Positions 1 through 7,648 of a DNA stretch of 20,000 bases are shown one piece after another. Each line of letters starts with the position of its first letter. Within the stretch, counting starts at the first letter, position 1. A program made the translations under genes and the position numbers. The notes under the pieces were generated by a model. It saw only the letters and a list, made by a program, of their open reading frames with translations. It did no database searches and was not told the DNA's origin. The stretch lies in sequence record SRR20825019_235; one strand, given 5' to 3'.

Positions 1-191
1 TAACCGACGCTAATCGTGCTGTCACTCGTGTAAAAGGCATAAGGACCTTCACGATCAAGTGCTAGTCGAAGTGGGTTCTCGCCATAGCTAAGACTTGCTC
101 CGTGATACAGTCCAATCGGAACTAAGATTGCTAGAAGTAAAAATAGTGTGACAAATAAATGCTTTAGGTAACGAAAAATTCTTTGTTTCAT
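1..191 (-). CDS. 5' end of a membrane-anchored/exported protein, truncated by the window edge; possibly a metallophosphoesterase
   Basis: Not in the ORF track. ATG at 191-189 opens a frame with no stop to the edge: MKQRIFRYLKHLFVTLFLLLAILVPIGLYHGASLSYGENPLRLALDREGPYAFYTSDSTISVG. It has a basic N-terminus and a hydrophobic helix. The EGPY(x)FY segment recalls Bacteroidota metallophosphoesterase N-termini (recollection only). Confidence 0.7.
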   Translation of the reverse strand, partial: MKQRIFRYLKHLFVTLFLLLAILVPIGLYHGASLSYGENPLRLALDREGPYAFYTSDSTISVG

Positions 192-255
192 AATTGGGTG
201 TTTTTTGATGTATGAAAGCAAATGTCTAGATCACATTTTTAAGAATTTCATTTTT

Positions 256-305
256 GTGATCAACTCAGAACCAATTGGGACAGATTCTTCGAATTGGGGT
301 ATGAG
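256..305. promoter_or_regulatory. Candidate LytTR-binding imperfect direct repeats, 21-bp period
   Basis: GTGATCAA (256), GGGACAGA (277) and GGTATGAG (298) are exactly 21 bp apart in the divergent intergenic region beside a LytTR system. A degenerate -7 element (GACATTTG on the minus strand, 220-227) lies towards the 1..191 gene. Confidence 0.4.
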
Positions 306-400
306 TGTACTTTGTCTCGTTTCTACGACTTTATACCCCTGAAAACAGATGGTTCATCACTTTAACTATTTTATTAATTCTAATCTGGCTATTTTTCAGA

Positions 401-1225
401 ATGATTTCAATATTCAAACGAAACAATTGGCTACTCACGAAAGTGCTCGTTCTCATATCTGTGCTGATTCCAGTGGGCGTAATTGCCTATGAATTGATAA
501 TTCTGGGAAAAGACTCAGTGATTGTGCTCGGAGACTATCCAACCGCAGTGGGAATTGTAATAATGATGTATTATACCATTCTTGTCATAGGTGGAATAAT
601 TTGGATGATCATACAGCTAAAGGCGTTGATGAGTCTGAAAAATGAAAATAAGAAGAATGAACTTCTACATTTACAAAGTCAGGTGAATCCGCATTTCTTT
701 TTTAATATGCTCAACAACCTTTACGGTTTAGTAGATAAGGATAGCGCAAAATCGAAAGAACTCATTTTAAAATTATCCGATTTAATGCGTTATAGCATCT
801 ATGAAGGAGAAAGAAATCTGGTTCCAATTGAGGAAGAAATAACTTATTTGAAAAACTATATTGAGTTGCATAAAATGCGTTATCATAAAAACATAGATGT
901 TGAGTTCAATGTCAATTTGGGAGATGATGCTATTGAAGTAATGCCTTTGTTATTCATTATTCTGTTGGAAAACGCATTTAAGCACGGGATCGAGAACTTG
1001 CGAGAAGATGCTTTTGTTAAAATCAATATAAACTCAAGAAATGGAAATGGAAATGTTGATTTTGAAATAGAGAACAATTTTGATCCAAGTGAACTTTCAA
1101 CAGAAAAGGGAATCGGTTTGAAAAATCTAAAACGTAGATTGGAACTCGCTTATCCCAAAAGACATACATTGGTGTTTACAAATGCTGCCCCGATTTTCAA
1201 GGCTCAATTACAACTGCGAAAATGA
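401..1225 (+). CDS. LytS/YehU-type sensor histidine kinase (His_kinase family)
   Basis: H-box LQSQVNPHFFFNMLNNLY, N-box ENAFKHG, G-box GIGLKNL and two N-terminal TM helices. The ORF track starts at GTG 305; ATG 401 (MISIFKRNNW) is preferred because 305 overlaps the putative regulatory repeats. Confidence 0.92.
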   Translation: MISIFKRNNWLLTKVLVLISVLIPVGVIAYELIILGKDSVIVLGDYPTAVGIVIMMYYTILVIGGIIWMIIQLKALMSLKNENKKNELLHLQSQVNPHFFFNMLNNLYGLVDKDSAKSKELILKLSDLMRYSIYEGERNLVPIEEEITYLKNYIELHKMRYHKNIDVEFNVNLGDDAIEVMPLLFIILLENAFKHGIENLREDAFVKININSRNGNGNVDFEIENNFDPSELSTEKGIGLKNLKRRLELAYPKRHTLVFTNAAPIFKAQLQLRK

Positions 1226-1920
1226 TTAATTACATTATTATAGATGACGAGTACATTGCCCATGACATTATTAAAGATTATTGTAGCGCTCTGTCTACGA
1301 TGAACCTAAAAAAGCAGTGTTATGACGCCTTAGAAGCGTTGGACTATTTACGAGAAAATAAAGTTGATTTGATTTTCTTGGATCTGAATATGCCAAAACT
1401 GAAAGGGTTTGATTTTTTAAAAACACTTTCTAATCCACCAAAGGTTATTGTTACAACGGCCTACAAGGAGTTTGCGCTTGAAGGTTACGAGCTGGAAGTG
1501 GTAGATTATCTCTTGAAACCATTCAGTTTTGAGCGTTTTTTGAAAGCACTGAATAAAGCAATTTCTATCCGAGAAACGAGTCCAAAGGTTCAACCTACGG
1601 AGAATACTGAAACGGGGCATGTATTTCTTTACAGCGATAAAAAACACATTCAGGTGAAAGTGGATGACATATTATTGGTAGAAGCCGCGGGGAACTATTC
1701 AAAAGTGGTTTTACAAGATCAAACGATAGTGGTGAGAGAGAAGATTTCTGATATGTTTGAGAAATTACCATCAGATCAGTTTATTAAAATTCATAAGTCA
1801 TTTTTTATAGCGAAAGAACACATCACAAGTATTGAGAATACTAGAGTAGTGATCGGCGACCATACAGTTCCAATTGGAAAACTCTATAAGCTGAATGTAT
1901 TAGAATTAATTAAAGGATAA
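1222..1920 (+). CDS. LytR/AlgR family response regulator (REC + LytTR)
   Basis: IIIDDE acidic pocket, DLIFLDLNMP phosphoacceptor, YLLKPF, LytTR motif FIKIHKSF. ATGA overlap with the kinase stop. Confidence 0.95.
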   Translation: MINYIIIDDEYIAHDIIKDYCSALSTMNLKKQCYDALEALDYLRENKVDLIFLDLNMPKLKGFDFLKTLSNPPKVIVTTAYKEFALEGYELEVVDYLLKPFSFERFLKALNKAISIRETSPKVQPTENTETGHVFLYSDKKHIQVKVDDILLVEAAGNYSKVVLQDQTIVVREKISDMFEKLPSDQFIKIHKSFFIAKEHITSIENTRVVIGDHTVPIGKLYKLNVLELIKG

Positions 1921-2039
1921 CCCTTTCTGATCCTGAGCTAGATGATGTTATTTTGCATTCTTCGGACTGACGGATTTCTATTTTAATTATGCTTTTTTAT
2001 GTTAAAATGTGTGAGATTCGAGCATTTTTGACTGGGCGT

Positions 2040-2069
2040 TGTAACGAAAAGTAGTAATATCGCTATAGT
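2040..2069 (+). promoter_or_regulatory. Possible ECF-sigma-type promoter for the beta-barrel gene
   Basis: TGTAAC-N15-CGCTATAGT lies about 20 nt upstream of the GTG start and resembles AAC...CGT ECF promoters. Confidence 0.25.
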
Positions 2070-2090
2070 GAAAACCTAAACAAACACAAC

Positions 2091-4466
2091 GTGCGAATTA
2101 TTGTCTCCCTCCTTTTTATTTTTTGTTCTTTTCATTTTCTTTTCTCCCAAAACACGCGACTTCATGCTACGATAGAATCTGAAGAAATTCCAAGCGGGAT
2201 AGGACGAGGGATAATTTATTCACTTCCAGACTCTGCGCTCATCAAGGGAAGTTATTTGGACAGCGCGGAATACAATGTTCAATTTCAGGGAGTCAAAGGA
2301 AAAGAGTACTATTTCAAATTAAGCATTCCTGGATACAAAGACACGTTGATTAATTTCATCGTAAACAGCGCTGTTGTTGAACTTGGAACAATTGTGCTTT
2401 TGAATCAACAGGCATTGGGTGAAGTGAGTGTAGTGTACCGAGAACCCTTTTTTGAAAGAACAATTAACGGGATTAAAGTAAATGTTCAAGGGACAACGTT
2501 AGAAGAATTGAACACACTTTTTGATATTCTCAAAGCATCTCCGCGCTTAACATCTCCAGACGACGAGACAATTGAAATTATAGGTCGTGGTGCTCCGCTT
2601 ATTCTCATAGATCGACAACCAATTATGTCCAATGATGAGTTAAAAGCAATTCCAGCTAACCAAGTTGATCGCTTTGAAATTCTCACGAATCCATCAGCGA
2701 AATATAAGGCACAGGGGAGCGGAAATGGTGTAATTGAAGTGTTTACCACTAATTTCTCTTTGGAAGGTTATCGGGCGAATATGCGCTTGGAAGGTGGAGC
2801 AAATACGGAAGGCAAGCCAAATGGGTCAACGAACTTTGGACTCAGCATAAAGCGGAAAAAATTCTCACTGAGTGGATTCGGTGGCGTGTATTATTTCTCA
2901 ACAAATTCCTTTGGGAAATCCTTGGGATATTCAACCGTAAGTGATCTTAATAATACTGGAACTTATGCTGGAGATCGCATAAATATCTGGCGGAATTACA
3001 AAGTCAAAATGGGCTATGCATTTTCCGATTCAAGTCGATTGAGTTTTGGAGTCTACGGAAACGGAAGCACAGGTGAGAACAATTATACCACCAAAAGCTA
3101 TTATTATTCTGGAGACAGTCTCCGCACCTATCGAAATGAGTCTAGTACGAATAATTACAAATGGTTGAATAATAGTGCTTATGTAAATTATACGTTGGAT
3201 ACCGATTCTCTTGGAAGCTATTTTGAAGTAAATGCGAATTTCACTAAACGAGTGAGTGATAGGGATGGAATTTCTGAGAACACTTTCAATTATGGACTTG
3301 GAGATACACAGAACAATGTGCAAACAGCGAGTTTTGATAGACCGAACGTCGGAGAACTTCGTGTTAATTTTGAGCATCATTTTGATACTTCTGAGTTTAA
3401 ATTGGAACTCGGAGCTTCGTACAATATTTTACAAAATGAGAAGAAATTCAGGAGATTTACTGGAGAATCTGGCGCTTGGGAAGAAGATGAATCAGCTCGA
3501 AACTCATACAATTACCATGAACATATTATTGGCGGTTTCGCACAGATCTCAAAAATGCTAACGAAGAAACTAGGAGCACAAGTGGGTGTAAGGGCTGAAT
3601 ATACTTTACTCGATGGATACAGTAAAACGCTAGATCAGCAATTCATGGATTCAAGCTATTTATTGCCTTTCCCGAATGTTGGGATGCAGTATCAATTTTC
3701 TGATAATGTAGTATTTACAACCTATTACGAAACAGGAATTGATCGACCACAGTTCAATAATTACGATCCTTTTGTGCGCGTCGTTGACAGTTTAACAGTG
3801 GAAGTAGGAAATCCGTTTTTGAGACCGTCATATTCTCATACTTTCGGAGCAGAACTAGAGTTATTTTATTCCTATTCACTCAGTTTTTCATACTCGCGCT
3901 ATACTAAAGATCAAAGTACAGTCTCCTTTATTGATACAAACACGCTCATAACAACATCCACTCCATGGAATTCCAATTACAACGAAACCTATAGTTTGAG
4001 TTTTAGCATTCCTATAAAGGCAAAATGGGTAAATGGATGGAATTCATTTTGGGTGGATTACAACAATTATTATTTCACGGAAGTTTTTAGCCGCGATCCA
4101 TTTACGAATATCAACCTTGGATTTTATTCCTATTTGACCTTTGACCTCCCATACGATTTTCAGATAATGAATCAATTTTCGGTGAATAAATGGGCAGATG
4201 ATACGATGGATGGAAATTTAACCCAACGTTGGGGAATTAGAGCAACAAAGAAGTTTAAATCACCTGACATCAATATTTTCGCAGAAGTATCGAACATTAT
4301 TCCTGCGATAAACAAATATGAATTAACCTCAGGGAATTACTTCATAAGCAGTGTCAACCAAAATCAATTTACAACCTTCACAGCAGGGGTTTTCTTTAAA
4401 TTCGGTCGCTTGAAATCTGATCCAACGATCAAAGAGTCTAAATCTGGGCAAAATGATCGATTATGA
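2091..4466 (+). CDS. Outer-membrane beta-barrel protein, TonB-dependent-receptor-like (OMP_b-brl_3 type)
   Basis: Signal peptide; plug-like region (ELKAIPANQVDRFEILTNPSAKYKAQGSGNGVIEV); barrel motifs GVRAEYT, IDRPQFNNYDPF and GNPFLRP; charged C-terminal tail (KFGRLK...NDRL) typical of this Bacteroidota family. Confidence 0.88.
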   Translation: MRIIVSLLFIFCSFHFLFSQNTRLHATIESEEIPSGIGRGIIYSLPDSALIKGSYLDSAEYNVQFQGVKGKEYYFKLSIPGYKDTLINFIVNSAVVELGTIVLLNQQALGEVSVVYREPFFERTINGIKVNVQGTTLEELNTLFDILKASPRLTSPDDETIEIIGRGAPLILIDRQPIMSNDELKAIPANQVDRFEILTNPSAKYKAQGSGNGVIEVFTTNFSLEGYRANMRLEGGANTEGKPNGSTNFGLSIKRKKFSLSGFGGVYYFSTNSFGKSLGYSTVSDLNNTGTYAGDRINIWRNYKVKMGYAFSDSSRLSFGVYGNGSTGENNYTTKSYYYSGDSLRTYRNESSTNNYKWLNNSAYVNYTLDTDSLGSYFEVNANFTKRVSDRDGISENTFNYGLGDTQNNVQTASFDRPNVGELRVNFEHHFDTSEFKLELGASYNILQNEKKFRRFTGESGAWEEDESARNSYNYHEHIIGGFAQISKMLTKKLGAQVGVRAEYTLLDGYSKTLDQQFMDSSYLLPFPNVGMQYQFSDNVVFTTYYETGIDRPQFNNYDPFVRVVDSLTVEVGNPFLRPSYSHTFGAELELFYSYSLSFSYSRYTKDQSTVSFIDTNTLITTSTPWNSNYNETYSLSFSIPIKAKWVNGWNSFWVDYNNYYFTEVFSRDPFTNINLGFYSYLTFDLPYDFQIMNQFSVNKWADDTMDGNLTQRWGIRATKKFKSPDINIFAEVSNIIPAINKYELTSGNYFISSVNQNQFTTFTAGVFFKFGRLKSDPTIKESKSGQNDRL

Positions 4467-4600
4467 GTTTGTTTTTGGGAATCGTTAGAACAATTCCTTC
4501 AACTTATTGAGATTCAGGAAGGCACAGCGAGAGTCTAATTAAGTCAATTATATTCTTCGGAGAATCTCTATTTCACTCGCTATTCCGCAGGAATTTTCTC

Positions 4601-4608
4601 TATATTCG
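4601..4608 (+). promoter_or_regulatory. Bacteroidota -7 promoter element (TATATTCG)
   Basis: One mismatch to TAnnTTTG, about 105 nt upstream of the 4715 start. Confidence 0.45.
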
Positions 4609-4714
4609 TTTCATTGAATGTGGATGAATTTGGTGCAGTTTTCAACCCTCGAATTTGAAGATTCGAAATAAGTTGCAGACTTCACCCGATTCAAGCACGA
4701 TTAATTAGGTTTAG

Positions 4715-5398
4715 ATGAAAAAGCGAATCCTTATTGTTGAAGACGAAGTTTTTATAGCGGAAGAGCTTTCATGTATAGTCCAAGAACTTGGCTACGACAT
4801 TACGGACATTGCCTATGATACAAAAAGTGCAATTAATTCGTTAACTCTACAACAACCAGATTTGGCTATTTTAGACATTCGAATGCACGGCAAAAATCAA
4901 GGATTCGAAATCGCCAAATACATCAATGAAAATCTAGACATTCCTTTTCTGTTTTTAACGTCTTTCGCAGACAAAGGTACTGTTGAAGAAGCTTCCTTGC
5001 TGAAGCCAAACGCCTATATTCTGAAACCATTCAATAATCTGGATATTTATTCAACTCTTGCAATCGTTTTTGAATCGTTTGAGAAGAAAACAAAGAAAAT
5101 TGCTCTTAAAGTAGGTCAGAATTCGACACTTTTTGATGCAAAGGAAATTTTATGGATTAAGTCCGATGATAATTACATTGAAGTCAATACAAAAGACAAG
5201 CGATATGTCGTTAGAGCAACTATTGATGGATTTCTCGAAGAGTATGGACTTTCTCAGTTTGTTCGAGTACATCGATCGTATGCAGTGAATCCAAGTAATA
5301 TAGAAACGTTGACTTCAAATCAACTGACGATTAACGGAATAGAAATACCCGTGTCTAGAAAGCACATCCACGAGCTGAGAGGTCTTTTTCACTCGTAA
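4715..5398 (+). CDS. Response regulator (REC + LytTR)
   Basis: ILIVEDE, PDLAILDIRMHG, FLTS, YILKPF; LytTR motifs FVRVHRSYAVN and IPVSR. Confidence 0.94.
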   Translation: MKKRILIVEDEVFIAEELSCIVQELGYDITDIAYDTKSAINSLTLQQPDLAILDIRMHGKNQGFEIAKYINENLDIPFLFLTSFADKGTVEEASLLKPNAYILKPFNNLDIYSTLAIVFESFEKKTKKIALKVGQNSTLFDAKEILWIKSDDNYIEVNTKDKRYVVRATIDGFLEEYGLSQFVRVHRSYAVNPSNIETLTSNQLTINGIEIPVSRKHIHELRGLFHS

Positions 5399-5469
5399 TT
5401 TTCCTCGGAAATTTATTGAGTAAGTATTGCAATTTGGGTCAATTCTCGAAACTTTAGACTCGATTCTGT

Positions 5470-5539
5470 TCATTCTCCACACCAATTTGTCTGTTCTCCC
5501 CATTCTTCATTAAGGTGATCTCTTTTTGCCTCAACTTCG
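5470..5539 (+). promoter_or_regulatory. Candidate LytTR direct repeats plus weak -7 element upstream of the T9SS/fibre operon
   Basis: TCATTCTCC (5470) and CTGTTCTCC (5491) are 21 bp apart. A degenerate -7 element CAACTTCG is at 5532-5539. Confidence 0.45.
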
Positions 5540-5575
5540 CTAGGAATTTATTTATTAACCAAAACAATAAAATCT

Positions 5576-6049
5576 ATGAAGAACATGAAAAAAGGTCCAT
5601 TTGTGCTCTTTTTTGCTCTTACATCGCTTCATGTTTTAGGACAAGAAGTTGTGTCTACACAAGGTGATTCTTACACGAATGGCAGTGGAAGTATTGCCTT
5701 TACAATCGGTGAAGTAGTTATTAATACGGGAACTGATGGAACAAATGATATTACCCAAGGTTTTCATCAAACCAATTGGAGTTTTTTAGGAGTGATTGAT
5801 TATTCACCAAACTACGAAGCTACAGTTTTCCCAAATCCAGTTGCTGAAACGTTGAACATCAAGACAAACAGTTTTGAAAACGTGTCTTACTTGCTTTATG
5901 ACGAGCAGGGGAGACTTGTACTCCAGGACAAACTCTCTGCAGAAATTACTTCGATTCAAGTAAGTCAACTCGCACCTGGAAGCTATTCTGTTGTATTGAA
6001 TAAAGAGTCAAAAAAACTCAAAACATTTAAACTAGTTAAAACTCATTAG
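5576..6049 (+). CDS. Small T9SS type A sorting domain (Por_Secre_tail) protein
   Basis: Signal peptide ending VLG-Q; short N-domain (GSIAFTIGEVVI...ITQGFHQ); CTD motifs VFPNPV, YDEQGRLV, LAPGSY and KTFKLVK. The start could be ATG 5585. Confidence 0.9.
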   Translation: MKNMKKGPFVLFFALTSLHVLGQEVVSTQGDSYTNGSGSIAFTIGEVVINTGTDGTNDITQGFHQTNWSFLGVIDYSPNYEATVFPNPVAETLNIKTNSFENVSYLLYDEQGRLVLQDKLSAEITSIQVSQLAPGSYSVVLNKESKKLKTFKLVKTH

Positions 6050-6095
6050 AAAGAATTGCTCGGTAATCATAAACTCCCTAAAAAACAAATAAGTT

Positions 6096-7400
6096 ATGTA
6101 TAAAAGAATTTTACTCTCACTCGTTGCGATTGCAACAATCACAGCATCCGCTTTCGGACAAGTACCAGAAGGTTTTAAATATCAAGCAGTTGTTAGAAAT
6201 TCAGGAAATGTCATTTTAAATAACCAGGCAATTGGAATGCAAATAGAAATACTCCAAGGAGGAATTTCGGGAACAGCAGTTTACACAGAGTCATTCGCTC
6301 CAACAACAAATGATTACGGGTTGGTTAACTTGGAAATTGGAACAGGTTCAACTTCAGATAATTTCTCCGCAATTGATTGGGCGAATGATAGCTACTTTAT
6401 TCGTACTTCGATCGACGTTACTGGCGGTTCTTCGTATGTAGTTATGGGAACAAATCAATTAATGAGTGTGCCTTATGCTTTGCATGCAAAAACAGCTGAA
6501 AGTGTAATAAATGACTTAGTGAATGATGCAGACGCTGATCCAGCGAATGAAATCCAAAATTTGTCACTAACAGGTAATATCTTAACAATTACAAACAATG
6601 GAGCTGCAACTTTAATTGATCTTTCGGCTTATTTAGACGATACGGATACACAATTAAGTGAGGCGCAAGTGGATGCAATGGTCGCAAACAACGGGTATAT
6701 CACAAATCCAGATGATGCCGATGCCGATCCAGCGAATGAAATTCAAGATTTGTCTTTAACTGGAAATATCTTAACAATTACGAACAATGGAGCCGCAACT
6801 TCAATTGATCTTTCGGTTTATTTAGACAATACGGATACACAATTAAATGAGGCGCAAGTGGATGCGATGGTAGCAAACAACGGTTACATCACAAGTCCAA
6901 ATGACGCGGATTCTGACCCAACCAATGAAATTCAAAATATTTCTTTGTCAGGAACTAATTTGACACTTTCTAGTGGAGCAACAATTGATCTTTCCGGAAT
7001 TGATACAGACACAGATACGCACATTGATTCTATTGGCATAGCCGGTTTAGGTTTTGTTGCTGGATCGCATAAAATGGTAGATTATTCTTATTCTGAGCAG
7101 GCAACTGGTCGTTTCTGGGTAGATGGTAGTGAAATTTATACTCAAACGTTTATTAGATCAGGAACCGCTTATCCAAACTGGACCGTACCAACTTCTCCAC
7201 AGATGGCTAGAATTGTGAATGTCGAATATATGTTGATCTCCAATATTCCATTCCCGAATAGTAGAACATACAATAGCTATCATGCTTATGTAACTTGGGA
7301 CAATCCAGGATCTCCAGGGTATATTGTAATGACATCCGCAGATGGAAGCACACTGGTACAAGCTGGTACCACACTTACGATTTACTATACTAAACTATAG
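6096..7400 (+). CDS. Exported fibre/adhesin-like repeat protein
   Basis: Signal peptide AFG-Q; conserved Bacteroidota N-domain (GFKYQAVVRN...TNDYGLVNLEIGTG...IDW...SVPYALHAKTA); acidic tandem repeats; C-terminal head starting YSYSEQATGRFWVDGSEIYTQTF; no T9SS CTD. Confidence 0.82.
   Translation: MYKRILLSLVAIATITASAFGQVPEGFKYQAVVRNSGNVILNNQAIGMQIEILQGGISGTAVYTESFAPTTNDYGLVNLEIGTGSTSDNFSAIDWANDSYFIRTSIDVTGGSSYVVMGTNQLMSVPYALHAKTAESVINDLVNDADADPANEIQNLSLTGNILTITNNGAATLIDLSAYLDDTDTQLSEAQVDAMVANNGYITNPDDADADPANEIQDLSLTGNILTITNNGAATSIDLSVYLDNTDTQLNEAQVDAMVANNGYITSPNDADSDPTNEIQNISLSGTNLTLSSGATIDLSGIDTDTDTHIDSIGIAGLGFVAGSHKMVDYSYSEQATGRFWVDGSEIYTQTFIRSGTAYPNWTVPTSPQMARIVNVEYMLISNIPFPNSRTYNSYHAYVTWDNPGSPGYIVMTSADGSTLVQAGTTLTIYYTKL
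6525..7020 (+). repeat. Intragenic tandem repeat, 189 bp (63 aa) x2 plus a diverged partial third copy
   Basis: Units start at 6525, 6714 and 6903: DADADPANEIQ(N/D)LSLTGNILTITNNGAAT(L/S)IDLS(A/V)YLD(D/N)TDTQL(S/N)EAQVDAMVANNGYIT(N/S)P. The end of the third copy is approximate. Confidence 0.95.
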
Positions 7401-7428
7401 TGTTCATAGCTCATAGTTAAATTAGTAC

Positions 7429-7464
7429 GAAACCTTTTCTAGAATTTAGTCTAGAAAAGGTTTC
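7429..7464 (+). terminator. Intrinsic terminator-like hairpin
   Basis: Perfect 15-bp stem GAAACCTTTTCTAGA / TCTAGAAAAGGTTTC with a 6-nt loop, 28 nt after the fibre stop, followed by TCTT. Confidence 0.8.
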
Positions 7465-7648
7465 TCTTCACTATCAACTTATACGACCATTAATCCAATA
7501 ACCACCATTAAACTTAACCACTACTAACAAGTAAACCTTAACAGCAGAATTTCTGTCCTTTCAGAATTGAAAAAGTTTCAATTCACTATTCATCAAAGCT
7601 TTGTGAGTACTCAGTAAAAGAGCTGCCCAAAGCAAAAAAACATCAATT

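Noticed and set aside
305-400. N-terminal extension of the kinase from GTG 305
   Set aside because: It overlaps putative regulatory repeats and AT-rich leader sequence. ATG 401 gives a complete two-TM kinase. Not fully excluded, since the extension is hydrophobic.
1038-1055. GAAATG x3 in the kinase gene as a phase-variation tract
   Set aside because: An in-frame hexamer with only three copies (NGNGN loop) cannot switch the reading frame.
6525-7020. 189-bp repeats as a CRISPR array or DGR template/variable repeat
   Set aside because: They are contiguous in-frame coding repeats with no spacers. Differences are largely synonymous rather than adenine-specific, and no cas or reverse transcriptase gene is present.
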